A stretch of 64,000 bases of DNA from Vicinamibacteria bacterium (GCA_964291235.2 OZ219816.1:64001-128000), one strand, 5' to 3'; positions 1 through 10,103 are shown, counted from the first letter of the stretch. Numbers and translations: made by a program. Notes: generated by a model from the letters alone, not told the origin.

Positions 1-1193
1 ACGGCGATCTGTCCGCCGTCGAGCACGGGAATCGGCAGCAGATTGAGCACTCCGAGACTGAGGCTCAAAAGCGCCATGAGAAGCAGGATTTCGGTGGGTC
101 CGCGACGCAGTGCTTCGCCCGAGGCCTGCGCTATCCCGATGGGACCCGAGAACTGACGCGGCGAGCCCTGGCCTCGAACCACCCGGCCGAGTTGGGTGAC
201 GGTGAGGGTTCCCCACCGCGCGGTTTCGGAAACCGCCTCCTGGAGGGCGTTCGGAATCGATTCGGCTCTTACGCGCCGGAAGGGCGGCCGGAACTGCACG
301 CCAACGCGGGGATAGGCCTCCCCGCTGTTCGGATCCTCGAAGAGCTCGGGCACCACGGGCACGACCATTTCACTCTGATCCCGCTGGATGCCCAGGGTGA
401 TCTCTGGAACCGCGGTCGAACGCTCGCCAACTGAAGAGCGCACCAGGGCCGAAACTTCGCGGGTGCTACCCACCGGACTGCCGTTGAGGTGCACGATGCG
501 GTCACCCGGCGCCAGACCCGCCAACGCAGCCGGAGTTCCGGGGAGGACAGCTCCGATGATCGGGGGCGCCGGGGGATAGATCCCGGCGTCCCCGATTGCG
601 TCAACACCTTCCGAAGCGATCGGGACCCGGAAACCGCGCACCCTGCCTTCGCGTTCCACTTCGAACGCGACTTCCTGGTCCGGCCGCACGATGATCTGCT
701 CCAACGCGGTGCGCCAGTCCGGAACGGGCTCGCTCGCGATCGTCAGAATCAGGTCACCCGCGCGAATGCCGGCCTGGCCCGCGGGCGAGTCCGCAGCCAG
801 GTAGGAGACGACGGGAGGATCGGAGAGCCCCACCCTCCGTTCCATTCCGACATAGAACAGCCCGGCCAGGATCACGATCGCCAGCAGGAAGTTCATGGCC
901 GGTCCCGCAAAGAGGATGGCGAGCCGTTCCCCGCGAGTGCGGTTCTGGAGTTCAGCGGGGTCGGTGCCCCCATGTCCGGGCGCGTCTCCGGCCATCTTCA
1001 CGTAACCGCCGAGCGGCAGGAGGCCAACGGTCCAGTCGGTATCGCCGACCCGGCGCCGATAGATGTTCGGCGGAAATCCGATCGAGAAAGTCTCCACCCG
1101 GACGCCGATGAAACGCGCCGCCAGGTAGTGGCCGAACTCGTGGACGACGACGAGCGTCCCCACGACGACGACGAAGGCGATGATGGTGAGCAT
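1..1193 (-). CDS. rseP: RIP metalloprotease RseP (M50, PDZ); 3' end runs off the window
   Basis: Not in the ORF track. Minus-strand reading from ATG 1193 gives MLTIIAFVVVVGTLVVVHEFGHY (HExxH) ...VETFSIGF...LPLGGYVKM. Lies directly downstream of dxr, the usual synteny. Confidence 0.93.
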   Translation of the reverse strand, partial: MLTIIAFVVVVGTLVVVHEFGHYLAARFIGVRVETFSIGFPPNIYRRRVGDTDWTVGLLPLGGYVKMAGDAPGHGGTDPAELQNRTRGERLAILFAGPAMNFLLAIVILAGLFYVGMERRVGLSDPPVVSYLAADSPAGQAGIRAGDLILTIASEPVPDWRTALEQIIVRPDQEVAFEVEREGRVRGFRVPIASEGVDAIGDAGIYPPAPPIIGAVLPGTPAALAGLAPGDRIVHLNGSPVGSTREVSALVRSSVGERSTAVPEITLGIQRDQSEMVVPVVPELFEDPNSGEAYPRVGVQFRPPFRRVRAESIPNALQEAVSETARWGTLTVTQLGRVVRGQGSPRQFSGPIGIAQASGEALRRGPTEILLLMALLSLSLGVLNLLPIPVLDGGQIA

Positions 1194-1198
1194 GGTGT

Positions 1199-2386
1199 TC
1201 AGCGAACCGTGGCGGGAGCGCGATCCGCAACCAGTTCGCGGGCATGGGAGCGCGCCCAGGCGTCGGCGCGAGCTACGGATTCCAGATCTTCGGGTTCGGT
1301 GGGGTTGTGGGCGTCCAGCGTCGCCCCCACCACTTCCGAAATGCCGGGGAACGAGATCCGGCGGTCGAGAAAGGCCTCCACGGCAACTTCGTTCGCCGCG
1401 TTCAGTACCGCCGGGGCATCGCCTCCGGAGGCCAGCGCGTCGGCAGCGAGGCGCAGGCAGGGAAAGCGGTTCGGATCCGGTGGCTCGAAGCGGAGGTCGA
1501 GTGGCTGATCGAACGGCAGCGGATCGAGTCCCGTCGGCAGGCGTTCGGGCCAGGTGAGCGCGTATTGCACCGGTGTTCGCATGTGCGTGACTCCAAGCTG
1601 GGCGAGGATCGAGCCGTCCTCGAACTCGACCATGGAGTGAACGATGGATTCCGGATGGACCACCACCCGAATGGCCTCCGGCGTTTGATCGAAGAGCCAG
1701 CGCGCTTCGATCATCTCGAGCCCCTTGTTCATCATCGTCGCCGAGTCGATGGTGATCTTGGGCCCCATGCGCCAGGTGGGGTGGCGAAGCGCGATTTCCG
1801 GCGTCGCCTTCGCGATCTCCGCGGCCGAAGCGGTCCTGAACGGCCCACCGGACGCGGTCAGCCAGATACGGCGGACGGGATCCCGACGGCCGGCGAGACA
1901 CTGGTGGATGGCAGCGTGCTCGCTATCCACTGGTATCAGACGGGCTCCGGACGCCGCCGCCGCGCGCGCCATCAACACTCCGGCAGCCACCAGCGACTCC
2001 TTGTTGGCGAGGCCGACAACTTTTCCGGCGTGGAGCGCGGCGAGCGTCGGACGAAGCCCCGCGGCGCCCACGATCCCCGAAATGACGAACCCCGCGTCCG
2101 GCGCGGTGGCCGCCTGCTCCAACCCCGCGGCCCCCCCAACGACCTGAAGCCCCGGGAGCCGCCGCCCATAGCTGTGTTGGAACTCCTCCGCCGCTTCCGT
2201 GCGGCCAAGGGCCACGAGTTCGGGACGGTAGCGCTCGCAAAGAGCGAAGAGCCGTTCGCTGCAGCGACCGGCGGCAAGGGCGACGACCCGGAATCGGTCG
2301 GAGTAGCGATCCACCACCTCGAGCGTCGTCGAACCGATGGACCCCGTCGCCCCCAGGATGGAAACGCCCCGGATTTCGGGGCTCAT
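1199..2386 (-). CDS. dxr: 1-deoxy-D-xylulose 5-phosphate reductoisomerase
   Basis: Motifs ILGATGSIG, LANKESLV, PVDSEH, HPTWRMGPKITIDSATMMNKGLE, LNAANEVAV. Confidence 0.98.
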   Translation of the reverse strand: MSPEIRGVSILGATGSIGSTTLEVVDRYSDRFRVVALAAGRCSERLFALCERYRPELVALGRTEAAEEFQHSYGRRLPGLQVVGGAAGLEQAATAPDAGFVISGIVGAAGLRPTLAALHAGKVVGLANKESLVAAGVLMARAAAASGARLIPVDSEHAAIHQCLAGRRDPVRRIWLTASGGPFRTASAAEIAKATPEIALRHPTWRMGPKITIDSATMMNKGLEMIEARWLFDQTPEAIRVVVHPESIVHSMVEFEDGSILAQLGVTHMRTPVQYALTWPERLPTGLDPLPFDQPLDLRFEPPDPNRFPCLRLAADALASGGDAPAVLNAANEVAVEAFLDRRISFPGISEVVGATLDAHNPTEPEDLESVARADAWARSHARELVADRAPATVR

Positions 2387-2488
2387 CGCGTGGTACTCAC
2401 TCGGGCAGGTCTGCTTTTTCCGACAACTCGACGATTGTAGAGCGGCGAAACACCCGATTCGGGCCCGTAGCCACTCTCTCGTCCGCGC

Positions 2489-2694
2489 TTAGCAGCCTGT
2501 GGCAAAACCCCCGCGGCGTTCGCCGGGCGATGCATCCCGGCTGAACCGCGCCTCTGTGAGGCGCTCATCGTTGCGTTTCGGCCGAAATACACCCGGTATT
2601 CCTCCCTCACGCGCCTTGTCAACCGGATCCCCACCCGGGCTAACTGGGCCCCACCACTCTTGGCGCTCACGGGGGTTTCACCACCGGCCACTAA
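2489..2694. mobile_element. MITE-like non-autonomous element, long copy
   Basis: Imperfect terminal inverted repeats TTAG-CAGCCTGTGGCAAAACCCCCG ... CGGGGGTTTCACCACCGGCCA-CTAA. Both ends match the short copy at 34841-34908; an internal segment matches 12084-12116 in reverse orientation. Confidence 0.75.
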
Positions 2695-2710
2695 CATTCG
2701 TGGCCGCCGC

Positions 2711-3820
2711 ATGAAAATCGATCAACTCACCCTCCGCGAACTCCGACTCGACCTCAAATTCCCCTTCGAGACCAGCTTCGCGCGGGTCACCGAGCAGCAG
2801 TTTCTCCTCGTGGAAGCCCGGGTGAATGGGGTCAGCGGCCATTCCGAGTGTGTCGCCGATGTCGCTCCGGGCTATTCCTACGAAACGGTTCGCACCGCCG
2901 AGCACATCATCCGGGATTTCCTCTGGCCGCTGGCCGCCGAGCGGGACTACCTCCATCCGGACGAGGTCGTTCCTTCCTTTGCACGGGTGCGAGGCCACAA
3001 CATGGCCAAGGCGGCCATCGAGATGGCGGTGTGGGACGCGTTTGCGCGCCTCGAGGAGAAACCGCTCGCCGGCGTGCTCGGAGGCACCCGCTCCCGCACG
3101 GTCTCGGGGGTCTCGATCGGGATTCAGGACACCGTGGAACAACTCCTGGAGAAGATCGGGCTCGAGCTCTCGCGGGGCTACCGGCGGATCAAGATCAAGA
3201 TCAAGCCCGGCTGGGACGTGGACGTCGTGCGGCGGGTGCGGGAGCGCTATCCGGAAATGCCGCTCATGGTGGATGCGAACAGCGCCTATAGGCTGGAGGA
3301 CGAAGCCCTGTTCCGGGAACTCGACCGGTTCGGGCTGATGATGATCGAGCAGCCCCTCGAACACGACGACATGTGGGACCACGCCGCGCTCCAGCGCGAG
3401 ATCTCGACGCCGGTCTGCCTGGACGAATCCGTCCATTCCGTCGCCGACGCCCGCCGGGCGATCGAGATGAAGGCGTGCCGCATCATCAACATCAAGGCGG
3501 GAAGGGTTGGGGGGCTCTCGGCGGCACGCGACATCGCTCGACTGGCCGAAAGTCACGGCATTCCGGTGTGGTGCGGCGGAATGCTGGAGAGCGGCGTCGG
3601 GCGGGCCCACAACATCCACCTGTCCTCCCTGTCCGGCTTTTCGATGCCAGGCGACGTGGCCGCCTCCGAGCGGTACTTCACCGAGGAAATCATCGAGCCC
3701 CCAGTCACCGTGGATCCCGATGGTTCCCTCCCGATCCCCACCGGCGAGGGAATCGGCTTCGCGCTTCGGGAAGACGTAATTCGCCGCCACACCCTTTGCG
3801 AAACCACGCTTTCCCGCTGA
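2711..3820 (+). CDS. menC: o-succinylbenzoate synthase / N-succinylamino acid racemase (enolase superfamily)
   Basis: Motifs PFETSF, KIKIKPG, VDAN, IEQP, LDES, NIKAGRVGG, WCGGMLE. Start set at ATG 2711. Confidence 0.88.
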   Translation: MKIDQLTLRELRLDLKFPFETSFARVTEQQFLLVEARVNGVSGHSECVADVAPGYSYETVRTAEHIIRDFLWPLAAERDYLHPDEVVPSFARVRGHNMAKAAIEMAVWDAFARLEEKPLAGVLGGTRSRTVSGVSIGIQDTVEQLLEKIGLELSRGYRRIKIKIKPGWDVDVVRRVRERYPEMPLMVDANSAYRLEDEALFRELDRFGLMMIEQPLEHDDMWDHAALQREISTPVCLDESVHSVADARRAIEMKACRIINIKAGRVGGLSAARDIARLAESHGIPVWCGGMLESGVGRAHNIHLSSLSGFSMPGDVAASERYFTEEIIEPPVTVDPDGSLPIPTGEGIGFALREDVIRRHTLCETTLSR

Positions 3821-5976
3821 TCCGCCGGCCCGCGGGGGCGCGGTTTCGCCTCTCGGCCCTGGTTGCCGACGCCTGCGTGTTTGCCGCCGCCTGCCTGTTG
3901 GCGGCCGCGCCGGTTGCCGCACAGTCGACTCCCGCACCCGGGGCACGGCCGGGGCAGCCAGCGCCGGCACCTCCGGTGCTCCCCGCCCCCGAGCGGCTCG
4001 CCCGCGTCCTTTCACTCGAGGACGCCCGGTCGTTCGGCGACGGATGGCTCTTCGACCGGATCTACGACCCCGATCCCGAGGTCCGGCGCCGGGCGGTCCT
4101 CGCCCTCGGACGCATCGGTCGTCCCGGCGCCGTCGGGCCGCTGGTCGCCGCCCTCGCGGCGGACGAAGCGGGCGCCGTGCGCTCGACCGCGGCGTTCGCC
4201 CTCGGTCTCGTCGAGGATCCGCTGCCGGAAGAAGCGGTTTCCGCTCTCGAGGCCGCGCTCCTGGACGCTTCGAGCCGCGTTCGCGAAAAGGCAATCGAGG
4301 CTCTCGGGCGGCGGGGCGGCGAGCGGGCCGGCGAGATCGTTTCCGGACGACTGGCCGAACTGGTGGAGGTGTCCGGCTATTCCGAACGGCGGGAGGACGT
4401 CGAGGCGTTCCGGCGGAGAACTTCCTGGGACGAGGCCAGACTCGGCCTGTTCGCACTGGCCCGCATTCGGGACGACGGTGGAAACCCCGGCGACCCGGTC
4501 GCGATCCTCTCCCGGCAAGGGTCGCCGCGAACTCTCTGGTGGGTTTCTGCCTGGGCGGCGGCTCGTCTCCGGGATCCGGCTCTCGTGTCCCTTCATCGCG
4601 CTTATGCGGGCTCGCCGGATCCGGTCATCCGCGCGTTCGGCGTTCGGGGCCTCGGCTCAACGGGGCTTCCGGTGGCCGATGACCTCTCTCCTGAACTCAG
4701 CCACCCGAGCGACACCGTGCGCATCGAAGCGTTCCGCGCTCTGCGGGCCCTGGCAGAGGCCGGCCTGCCGGTGGGCTCCACGACCGGAGCGAGGGTCTTC
4801 GCCGCGCTCGACGACCCGGTTCCGGCAATCCGGCGGGAAGCTCTTCTGGGAATCGCACAGATCCGTCACCCCGAGGTGATGGACGCCCTGATCCCGCGGA
4901 TGCAGTCGCCCGATCCGGAAGTGCGCGCCGGCGCCCTGCGAGCCCTCTATGTTCAGGACGAGGAGGGGTTTTTCCTGCTGCTCTCCGGATGGTCGGACCG
5001 CGATCCCGTCGGCCGGATCGCCATGGCCCGACGGCTCGCCGAAATCCACGATCCGCGCATCCGCAGTTTCCTGTTGCGAAACATGCTGACCGACGAAGAT
5101 CCGAGAGTGCGCGCGGTCGCGCTCACCGGGCTGGGGGAGCTGGAAGAGCATCTCCGCGGCGCTGGGGAGGCGAGTCCTGAGGTTGTCGAGACGCTCGTCC
5201 GGCACCTTGGAGCGGAGGATCCCTACGAGCGCGCCGCGGCAGCGGCGATGCTCGGACACCTGGAGACCGCCGGAGAAAGTCTGCGCCAGGCCTATGAGCT
5301 GGACACCGCCGCGGTGCCGGACTTCCGGCTGGCAGCCCTGCGGGCCGGGCTGGCCCAGGGGCCGGAAACCGAACGGACCGCCTTCGCCCGAGACGCGCTC
5401 GCCGACCCCGCCTGGCCGGTCCGCCGCGAAGCCCACGAATTCCTGCGCCGCTTCGGACTCGCGGACGAAGAACCGGCTGCCGCCTCCACTCTGGAGGCCG
5501 CCGAGTACCGCGCGATGCTCGAGGCTCCGTTCAGTCCCGTGGCATGGATCGAGACCTCCCGGGGAGACATCGAGATCGAACTCTTCATCGGGGACGCCCC
5601 GCGAACGGTGTCCAACTTCATCCGGCTTGCCCGCGAGGGCTTCTATAACGGGTTGCGCTTCCACCGCGTGGTTTCGAACTTCGTCCTGCAGGCGGGGGAC
5701 CCGCGCGGGGATTCGTCAGGCGGCCCGGGCTACACGATCCGTTGCGAGATCGGCGAGGGCTTCTACATGCGGGGAAGCGTCGGCATGGCTCTCGACGGCA
5801 AGGACACCGGGGGCAGCCAGTTCTTCATCACGCTGCTTCCGCAGCCGCATCTCAACGGCCGCTACACCCTCTTCGGCCACGTCCGGGATGGATTCGCCGT
5901 TTTGGACCAGATCGAGGCGGGTGACCGGATCCGGCGTATCCGCATCTGGGACGGCGTGACCCCGCCGGAGAACTAG
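3817..5976 (+). CDS. Secreted HEAT-repeat protein fused to a C-terminal cyclophilin-type peptidyl-prolyl isomerase
   Basis: Signal-like N-terminus (...AAACLLAAAPVAAQ); HEAT repeats (DPDPEVRRRAVLALGRIG, DEDPRVRAVALTGLG); cyclophilin motifs FYNGLRFHRVVSNFVLQAGDP and DTGGSQFFI. Start uncertain (CTG 3817 or GTG 3877). Confidence 0.88.
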   Translation: MIRRPAGARFRLSALVADACVFAAACLLAAAPVAAQSTPAPGARPGQPAPAPPVLPAPERLARVLSLEDARSFGDGWLFDRIYDPDPEVRRRAVLALGRIGRPGAVGPLVAALAADEAGAVRSTAAFALGLVEDPLPEEAVSALEAALLDASSRVREKAIEALGRRGGERAGEIVSGRLAELVEVSGYSERREDVEAFRRRTSWDEARLGLFALARIRDDGGNPGDPVAILSRQGSPRTLWWVSAWAAARLRDPALVSLHRAYAGSPDPVIRAFGVRGLGSTGLPVADDLSPELSHPSDTVRIEAFRALRALAEAGLPVGSTTGARVFAALDDPVPAIRREALLGIAQIRHPEVMDALIPRMQSPDPEVRAGALRALYVQDEEGFFLLLSGWSDRDPVGRIAMARRLAEIHDPRIRSFLLRNMLTDEDPRVRAVALTGLGELEEHLRGAGEASPEVVETLVRHLGAEDPYERAAAAAMLGHLETAGESLRQAYELDTAAVPDFRLAALRAGLAQGPETERTAFARDALADPAWPVRREAHEFLRRFGLADEEPAAASTLEAAEYRAMLEAPFSPVAWIETSRGDIEIELFIGDAPRTVSNFIRLAREGFYNGLRFHRVVSNFVLQAGDPRGDSSGGPGYTIRCEIGEGFYMRGSVGMALDGKDTGGSQFFITLLPQPHLNGRYTLFGHVRDGFAVLDQIEAGDRIRRIRIWDGVTPPEN

Positions 5977-6045
5977 CCCGTGGGAAAAGCGCCCCGGACC
6001 GCTCTGGCCGCGCGCAACCCTGGCTTCGCCGCCCCCGGCTGCTAG
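5973..6045. repeat. Degenerate short copy of the CTAG-flanked element
   Basis: CTAG-CCCGTGGGAAAAGC...CCCCCGGCTG-CTAG. The right end matches the CTAGCAGCCGG terminus; the left CTAG contains the PPIase stop codon. Confidence 0.45.
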
Positions 6046-6048
6046 GCC

Positions 6049-6933
6049 GTGGACAACCTGGCGCACCCCGGTTCGGCCGCCGGCGGTGCGATCAAGAGCA
6101 GCGACCGGGAGGCCCCGCCGCGTTTCCGGTTGCTGGCCGTGGACCTCGACGGCACCTTGCTGAACTCCAGGAAAGAGGTTTCCGAGGCAAACCGGGCGGC
6201 GCTCCAGCGTGCCGAACGAGCCGGCGTGGCGCTCGCTTTCATCTCCGGCCGACGCTACGTGGAACTCGAAGCCCTTACCGCGGATCTTTCCGGGGCCGCT
6301 TTTCGGGTGGGGCACGGAGGCGCGTTGATCCGGCGCTTCGACCGGACCATCGCCGAGTTCCCGCTCCCCAAAGCCGCTGCGGAGCGGGCCGTCCGTACCG
6401 CGCTGCGGCTCGACATACCCGCGCTCATCAGCGAACGCGACGGTGCCGTGCGCATCACGGCCCACGCACCCACGACCCCGCGGGTGGCGCGTTATCTGCG
6501 GACCGTTCGGCCGGCCCCCCGTTTCGATCCCGCTCCGGTGTTCCCGGAAGATCCGTTGCACCTGGTGATCGCCGGCACCCCGGAAGCATGCCGGGAGGCC
6601 GAAGATGAGCTTTCGGCATCGCTCGGGAACTCCGTGAACCTTGAACGGACCGAATACCAGGCTACCCGCCTCGGCCTGCTGGACGTCCTGGCAGGTGCGG
6701 CAAACAAGGGCATCGCGCTCGCCCGGGTCGCGCGGGAAGCCGGCCTGCCGCTCAGCGAGACCCTCGCGATCGGTGACAACTGGAACGACCTGGAAATGCT
6801 GGAAGCCGCCGGGGTCGGGGTTCTCATGGACAACGCGGAGCCGGAACTGAAGGCTCGAGGCTTCGAGATCACCGCGTCACACGACGCTCACGGGGTGGCG
6901 GCCGCGATCGATCGCCTGCTTCTCGCCCCGTGA
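6049..6933 (+). CDS. Cof-type HAD-IIB hydrolase
   Basis: Motifs DLDGTLLN, ISGR, ANKG, AIGDNWNDLEML. Confidence 0.93.
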   Translation: MDNLAHPGSAAGGAIKSSDREAPPRFRLLAVDLDGTLLNSRKEVSEANRAALQRAERAGVALAFISGRRYVELEALTADLSGAAFRVGHGGALIRRFDRTIAEFPLPKAAAERAVRTALRLDIPALISERDGAVRITAHAPTTPRVARYLRTVRPAPRFDPAPVFPEDPLHLVIAGTPEACREAEDELSASLGNSVNLERTEYQATRLGLLDVLAGAANKGIALARVAREAGLPLSETLAIGDNWNDLEMLEAAGVGVLMDNAEPELKARGFEITASHDAHGVAAAIDRLLLAP

Positions 6934-8057
6934 GCTTCGAGATCGTCGGCCGCAGCGAGGGGGCCCGACTGGGCCGCCTGACCACCGCGCACGGTGTGGT
7001 GGAGACCCCCGCGTTCATGCCGGTCGCGACCGGGGGCGCCATCCGCGGGCTGACGAGCGGGGGCGTCGCCGCCACGGGAACGCGGATGCTGCTGAGCAAC
7101 GCCTGGCACCTGATGCTGCAGCCCGGCGACGAGAGGATTGCCGCCCTCGGCGGTCTGCACCGGTTGATGGCCTGGAACCGCCCCATCCTGACCGACAGCG
7201 GCGGCTATCAGGTTGCGAGCCTCGCAACCCTGCGGGAGGTTTCGGAAACCGGGGTTCACCTGCGCTCCTATCGGGACGGATCGCCGCACCACCTGACCCC
7301 CGAGCGAGCCATCGAAATCCAGCGGAACCTGGGCTCGGATGTCGCGATGGTGCTCGACGAGTGCATTTCGCTCCCGGCCCCGCCTGCCGAAGTCGAACGG
7401 GCGGCGGCCCGCAGCCTCCGCTGGGCCGAACGCTCGCTGGCCGCCCCGCGCGCGCCCGGCCAGCTCCTTTTCGGGATCGTCCAGGGCGGCACCCTCCCGG
7501 AAACACGGCGGCTCAACGCCCGCGCCCTCGTGGCTCTCGGCCCCCCGGGAGAGGGTTTCGACGGGTTTGGCATCGGCGGGCTGCTGATGGGAGAACCCAC
7601 CGAGGACACCCGCCGCGTGACCGCGCTCTCGGCGGAGACCCTTGGAGAAGAACGCCCCCGCTATCTCATGGGGGCCGGGCTGCCGCGAGACCTGATCGAA
7701 TCCGCCGGACTCGGCATGGATCTCTTCGACAGCGTGCTTCCGACCCGGTTGGCCCGCCGCGGCATCGTATTCACCTCGACCGGCCGGCTGAACGTCTCAC
7801 GGGCTCCCTACCGGGACGACGCCGCCCCGCTCGACGATGAATGCGATTGCCTGGCCTGCCGCGACTATTGCCGCGCCTGGTTGCACCACCTGCTCCGGGC
7901 CAGGGAGCGGATCGCGGCCACGCTACTGAGCGCCCACAACCTCACGTTCTACGCGGGGCTCATGGCGCGGCTGCGTGAGGCAATTGCGGCCGACCGCTTC
8001 GCCGAATTCCACGAGGGAAATCGCCGCCGCTGGAATTCCGGACCAAGTCCTGGCTGA
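6930..8057 (+). CDS. tgt: tRNA-guanine transglycosylase
   Basis: Motifs TPAFMPV, TDSGGYQV, VLDEC, GIVQGG, RYLMG and the zinc site CDCLAC...H. Lies upstream of yajC-secDF. Confidence 0.93.
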   Translation: MSFEIVGRSEGARLGRLTTAHGVVETPAFMPVATGGAIRGLTSGGVAATGTRMLLSNAWHLMLQPGDERIAALGGLHRLMAWNRPILTDSGGYQVASLATLREVSETGVHLRSYRDGSPHHLTPERAIEIQRNLGSDVAMVLDECISLPAPPAEVERAAARSLRWAERSLAAPRAPGQLLFGIVQGGTLPETRRLNARALVALGPPGEGFDGFGIGGLLMGEPTEDTRRVTALSAETLGEERPRYLMGAGLPRDLIESAGLGMDLFDSVLPTRLARRGIVFTSTGRLNVSRAPYRDDAAPLDDECDCLACRDYCRAWLHHLLRARERIAATLLSAHNLTFYAGLMARLREAIAADRFAEFHEGNRRRWNSGPSPG

Positions 8058-8230
8058 GACCGGTCCGGCGAAGTTGAGCGCCGGCACACCAGCGAGTTGC
8101 AGTTGGTCCGCGCAAACCACCCGACGCGGCTCCCCGTGGTATCCTGCCGCGCGGTTCGGTGCCCGGCCCGCTCTCCCTAGGGGGGTGCGGGTTTTTTCAC
8201 ATCAGCGCACCAGCGAACCGAACTCGGACC

Positions 8231-8533
8231 ATGCTCCCCACACTGCTCCAAGCGAACCCGGCCGGCGGCCAATTCGGCATGCAGATCGTGCTGTTCGCGA
8301 TCATCTTCGGGATCTTCTACTTCATCGTCTTCCGTCCCATGCGCAAACGCCAGCGAGAAACCGAGGAGATGCTGCGGAGTCTCGATCGCGGCGCCCGGGT
8401 CGTCACCACCGGCGGAATCCATGGAACCGTCGCCGGAATTCAGGGTGACATCGTGCAACTGAAGGTCAGCGACTCGGTCAAGCTCCAGATCTCGAAGAGT
8501 GCGGTCGCCAGCGTGATCGACAAGAAGCCCTGA
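8231..8533 (+). CDS. yajC: Preprotein translocase subunit YajC
   Basis: FYFIVFRPMRKRQ, VVTTGGIHG; synteny. Confidence 0.95.
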   Translation: MLPTLLQANPAGGQFGMQIVLFAIIFGIFYFIVFRPMRKRQRETEEMLRSLDRGARVVTTGGIHGTVAGIQGDIVQLKVSDSVKLQISKSAVASVIDKKP

Positions 8534-8564
8534 TCGCCCGGACGGCAGCTCCACCAGCGAGAGA

Positions 8565-10103
8565 ATGGCCAGAAGTCTCCGCCTGAAGGGAGTTCTGCTC
8601 CTTCTCATGGTCGCCGGGCTGGCCTATGTGATCAACCCACCCCGGGACACGATCGTTCTGGGGCTCGATCTCCAGGGCGGGATCCACCTCGTCATGCGGG
8701 TGCACACCGAGGACGCGGTGCGGGTCCTGACCGACGAGACCGCCGAGCAGTTCGCCGAACACCTCGACAACGAGGAGATCGATTTCGCCGACGTCGAAAC
8801 CATAGGACTGGGACAACTCACCATCCTGAATCTCGACGACTCCCGTCTTCGCGAAGTACGGGACATCATCGCTTTCAGTTGGCCGGGCTGGGATCTGAGA
8901 AGCCTCGGCGGCGACGACTGGTCCTTCACCCTCCGTCCCAGCGAGGAAATCGTCGTCCGGGAACAAACGGTGACCCAGGCGATGGAAACCATCCGCCGAC
9001 GGGTTGACGAGCTGGGGGTCGCGGAACCGGTCATCACCACCCACGGAAACACCGGGGACCAGATCCTGGTGCAGTTGCCGGGTTACGACGACGTCGCGCG
9101 GGCCAAGGAGATCATCCAGGCAACCGCGCAACTGGAACTGCGCCTGGTGCAGGCCGGGCCGGCGCTCGACGAAGCCGCGCTGCCTCCCCTGAACAGCACG
9201 CTCGAGAACATCCCGAGCGAGCTGCCCACCGGCGCGACCGGCTACTACCAGGTGAACCGGGTCGCCGCCATTACCGGCCGGGATCTCAGGAATGCCCGCC
9301 AGGCGATCGACTTCCAGACGAACACCCCGAACGTGGAGTTCAGCCTGCATGCCGAGGGGGCCTCCCGATTCCGTGACTTCACCGGCGCCAACGTGGGCCG
9401 GCAGATGGCGATCGTTCTCGACGACCTGATCGTCTCCGCTCCCGTCATCCAGAGCCCGATCTACGACCAGGGCCAGATCGTCGGAAACTTCACGGTGCAG
9501 GAAGCCGTGGACCTGGCGCTCGTGCTACGCGCCGGCGCGCTCCCGGCGTCGCTCGAGTACCAGGAAGAACGCACGGTGGGGCCGTCCCTCGGCGCCGACT
9601 CGATCCGGAGCGGGGTAACCGCCTCGCTGGCGGGTCTCGCCGGCGTCTTGCTGTTCATCCTCCTCTACTACCGTTTTTCGGGTTTGAACGCCGTTGTCGC
9701 CCTTCTCCTGAACCTCTTCATCCTCGTGGGCGCGATGGCCTACTTCGCCGCCACGCTGACCCTCCCAGGAATTGCCGGGGTCATCCTCACAATTGGGATG
9801 GGAGTGGATGCGAACGTCCTGATCTTCGAGCGCATCAAGGAAGAGATGCGTACCGGCAAACCTCCGCGGACCGCGATATCCGTCGGGTTCTCCCGGGTTT
9901 TTTGGACCATCGTGGACGCCAACATGACCAGCCTGGTCGCAGCCGCCATCCTCTTCCAGTTCGGCACCGGCCCGGTCCAGGGATTCGCCGTAACGCTCAG
10001 CATCGGCCTGGTGAGCAACGTCTTCACGGCCATGTTCGTGTCGCGTTACATCTTTGATCTCGTGCTTTCCGGACGGCGTCAGGTCGCCGCACTCAGCATC
10101 TAG
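8565..10103 (+). CDS. secD: Protein translocase subunit SecD
   Basis: LGLDLQGG, RRVDELGVAEP, LRAGALPA, TVGPSLG, GMGVDANVLIFERIKEE. Confidence 0.98.
   Translation: MARSLRLKGVLLLLMVAGLAYVINPPRDTIVLGLDLQGGIHLVMRVHTEDAVRVLTDETAEQFAEHLDNEEIDFADVETIGLGQLTILNLDDSRLREVRDIIAFSWPGWDLRSLGGDDWSFTLRPSEEIVVREQTVTQAMETIRRRVDELGVAEPVITTHGNTGDQILVQLPGYDDVARAKEIIQATAQLELRLVQAGPALDEAALPPLNSTLENIPSELPTGATGYYQVNRVAAITGRDLRNARQAIDFQTNTPNVEFSLHAEGASRFRDFTGANVGRQMAIVLDDLIVSAPVIQSPIYDQGQIVGNFTVQEAVDLALVLRAGALPASLEYQEERTVGPSLGADSIRSGVTASLAGLAGVLLFILLYYRFSGLNAVVALLLNLFILVGAMAYFAATLTLPGIAGVILTIGMGVDANVLIFERIKEEMRTGKPPRTAISVGFSRVFWTIVDANMTSLVAAAILFQFGTGPVQGFAVTLSIGLVSNVFTAMFVSRYIFDLVLSGRRQVAALSI

Noticed and set aside
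489-2440. Plus-strand ORFs of 339 and 398 aa
   Set aside because: Shadows of rseP and dxr.
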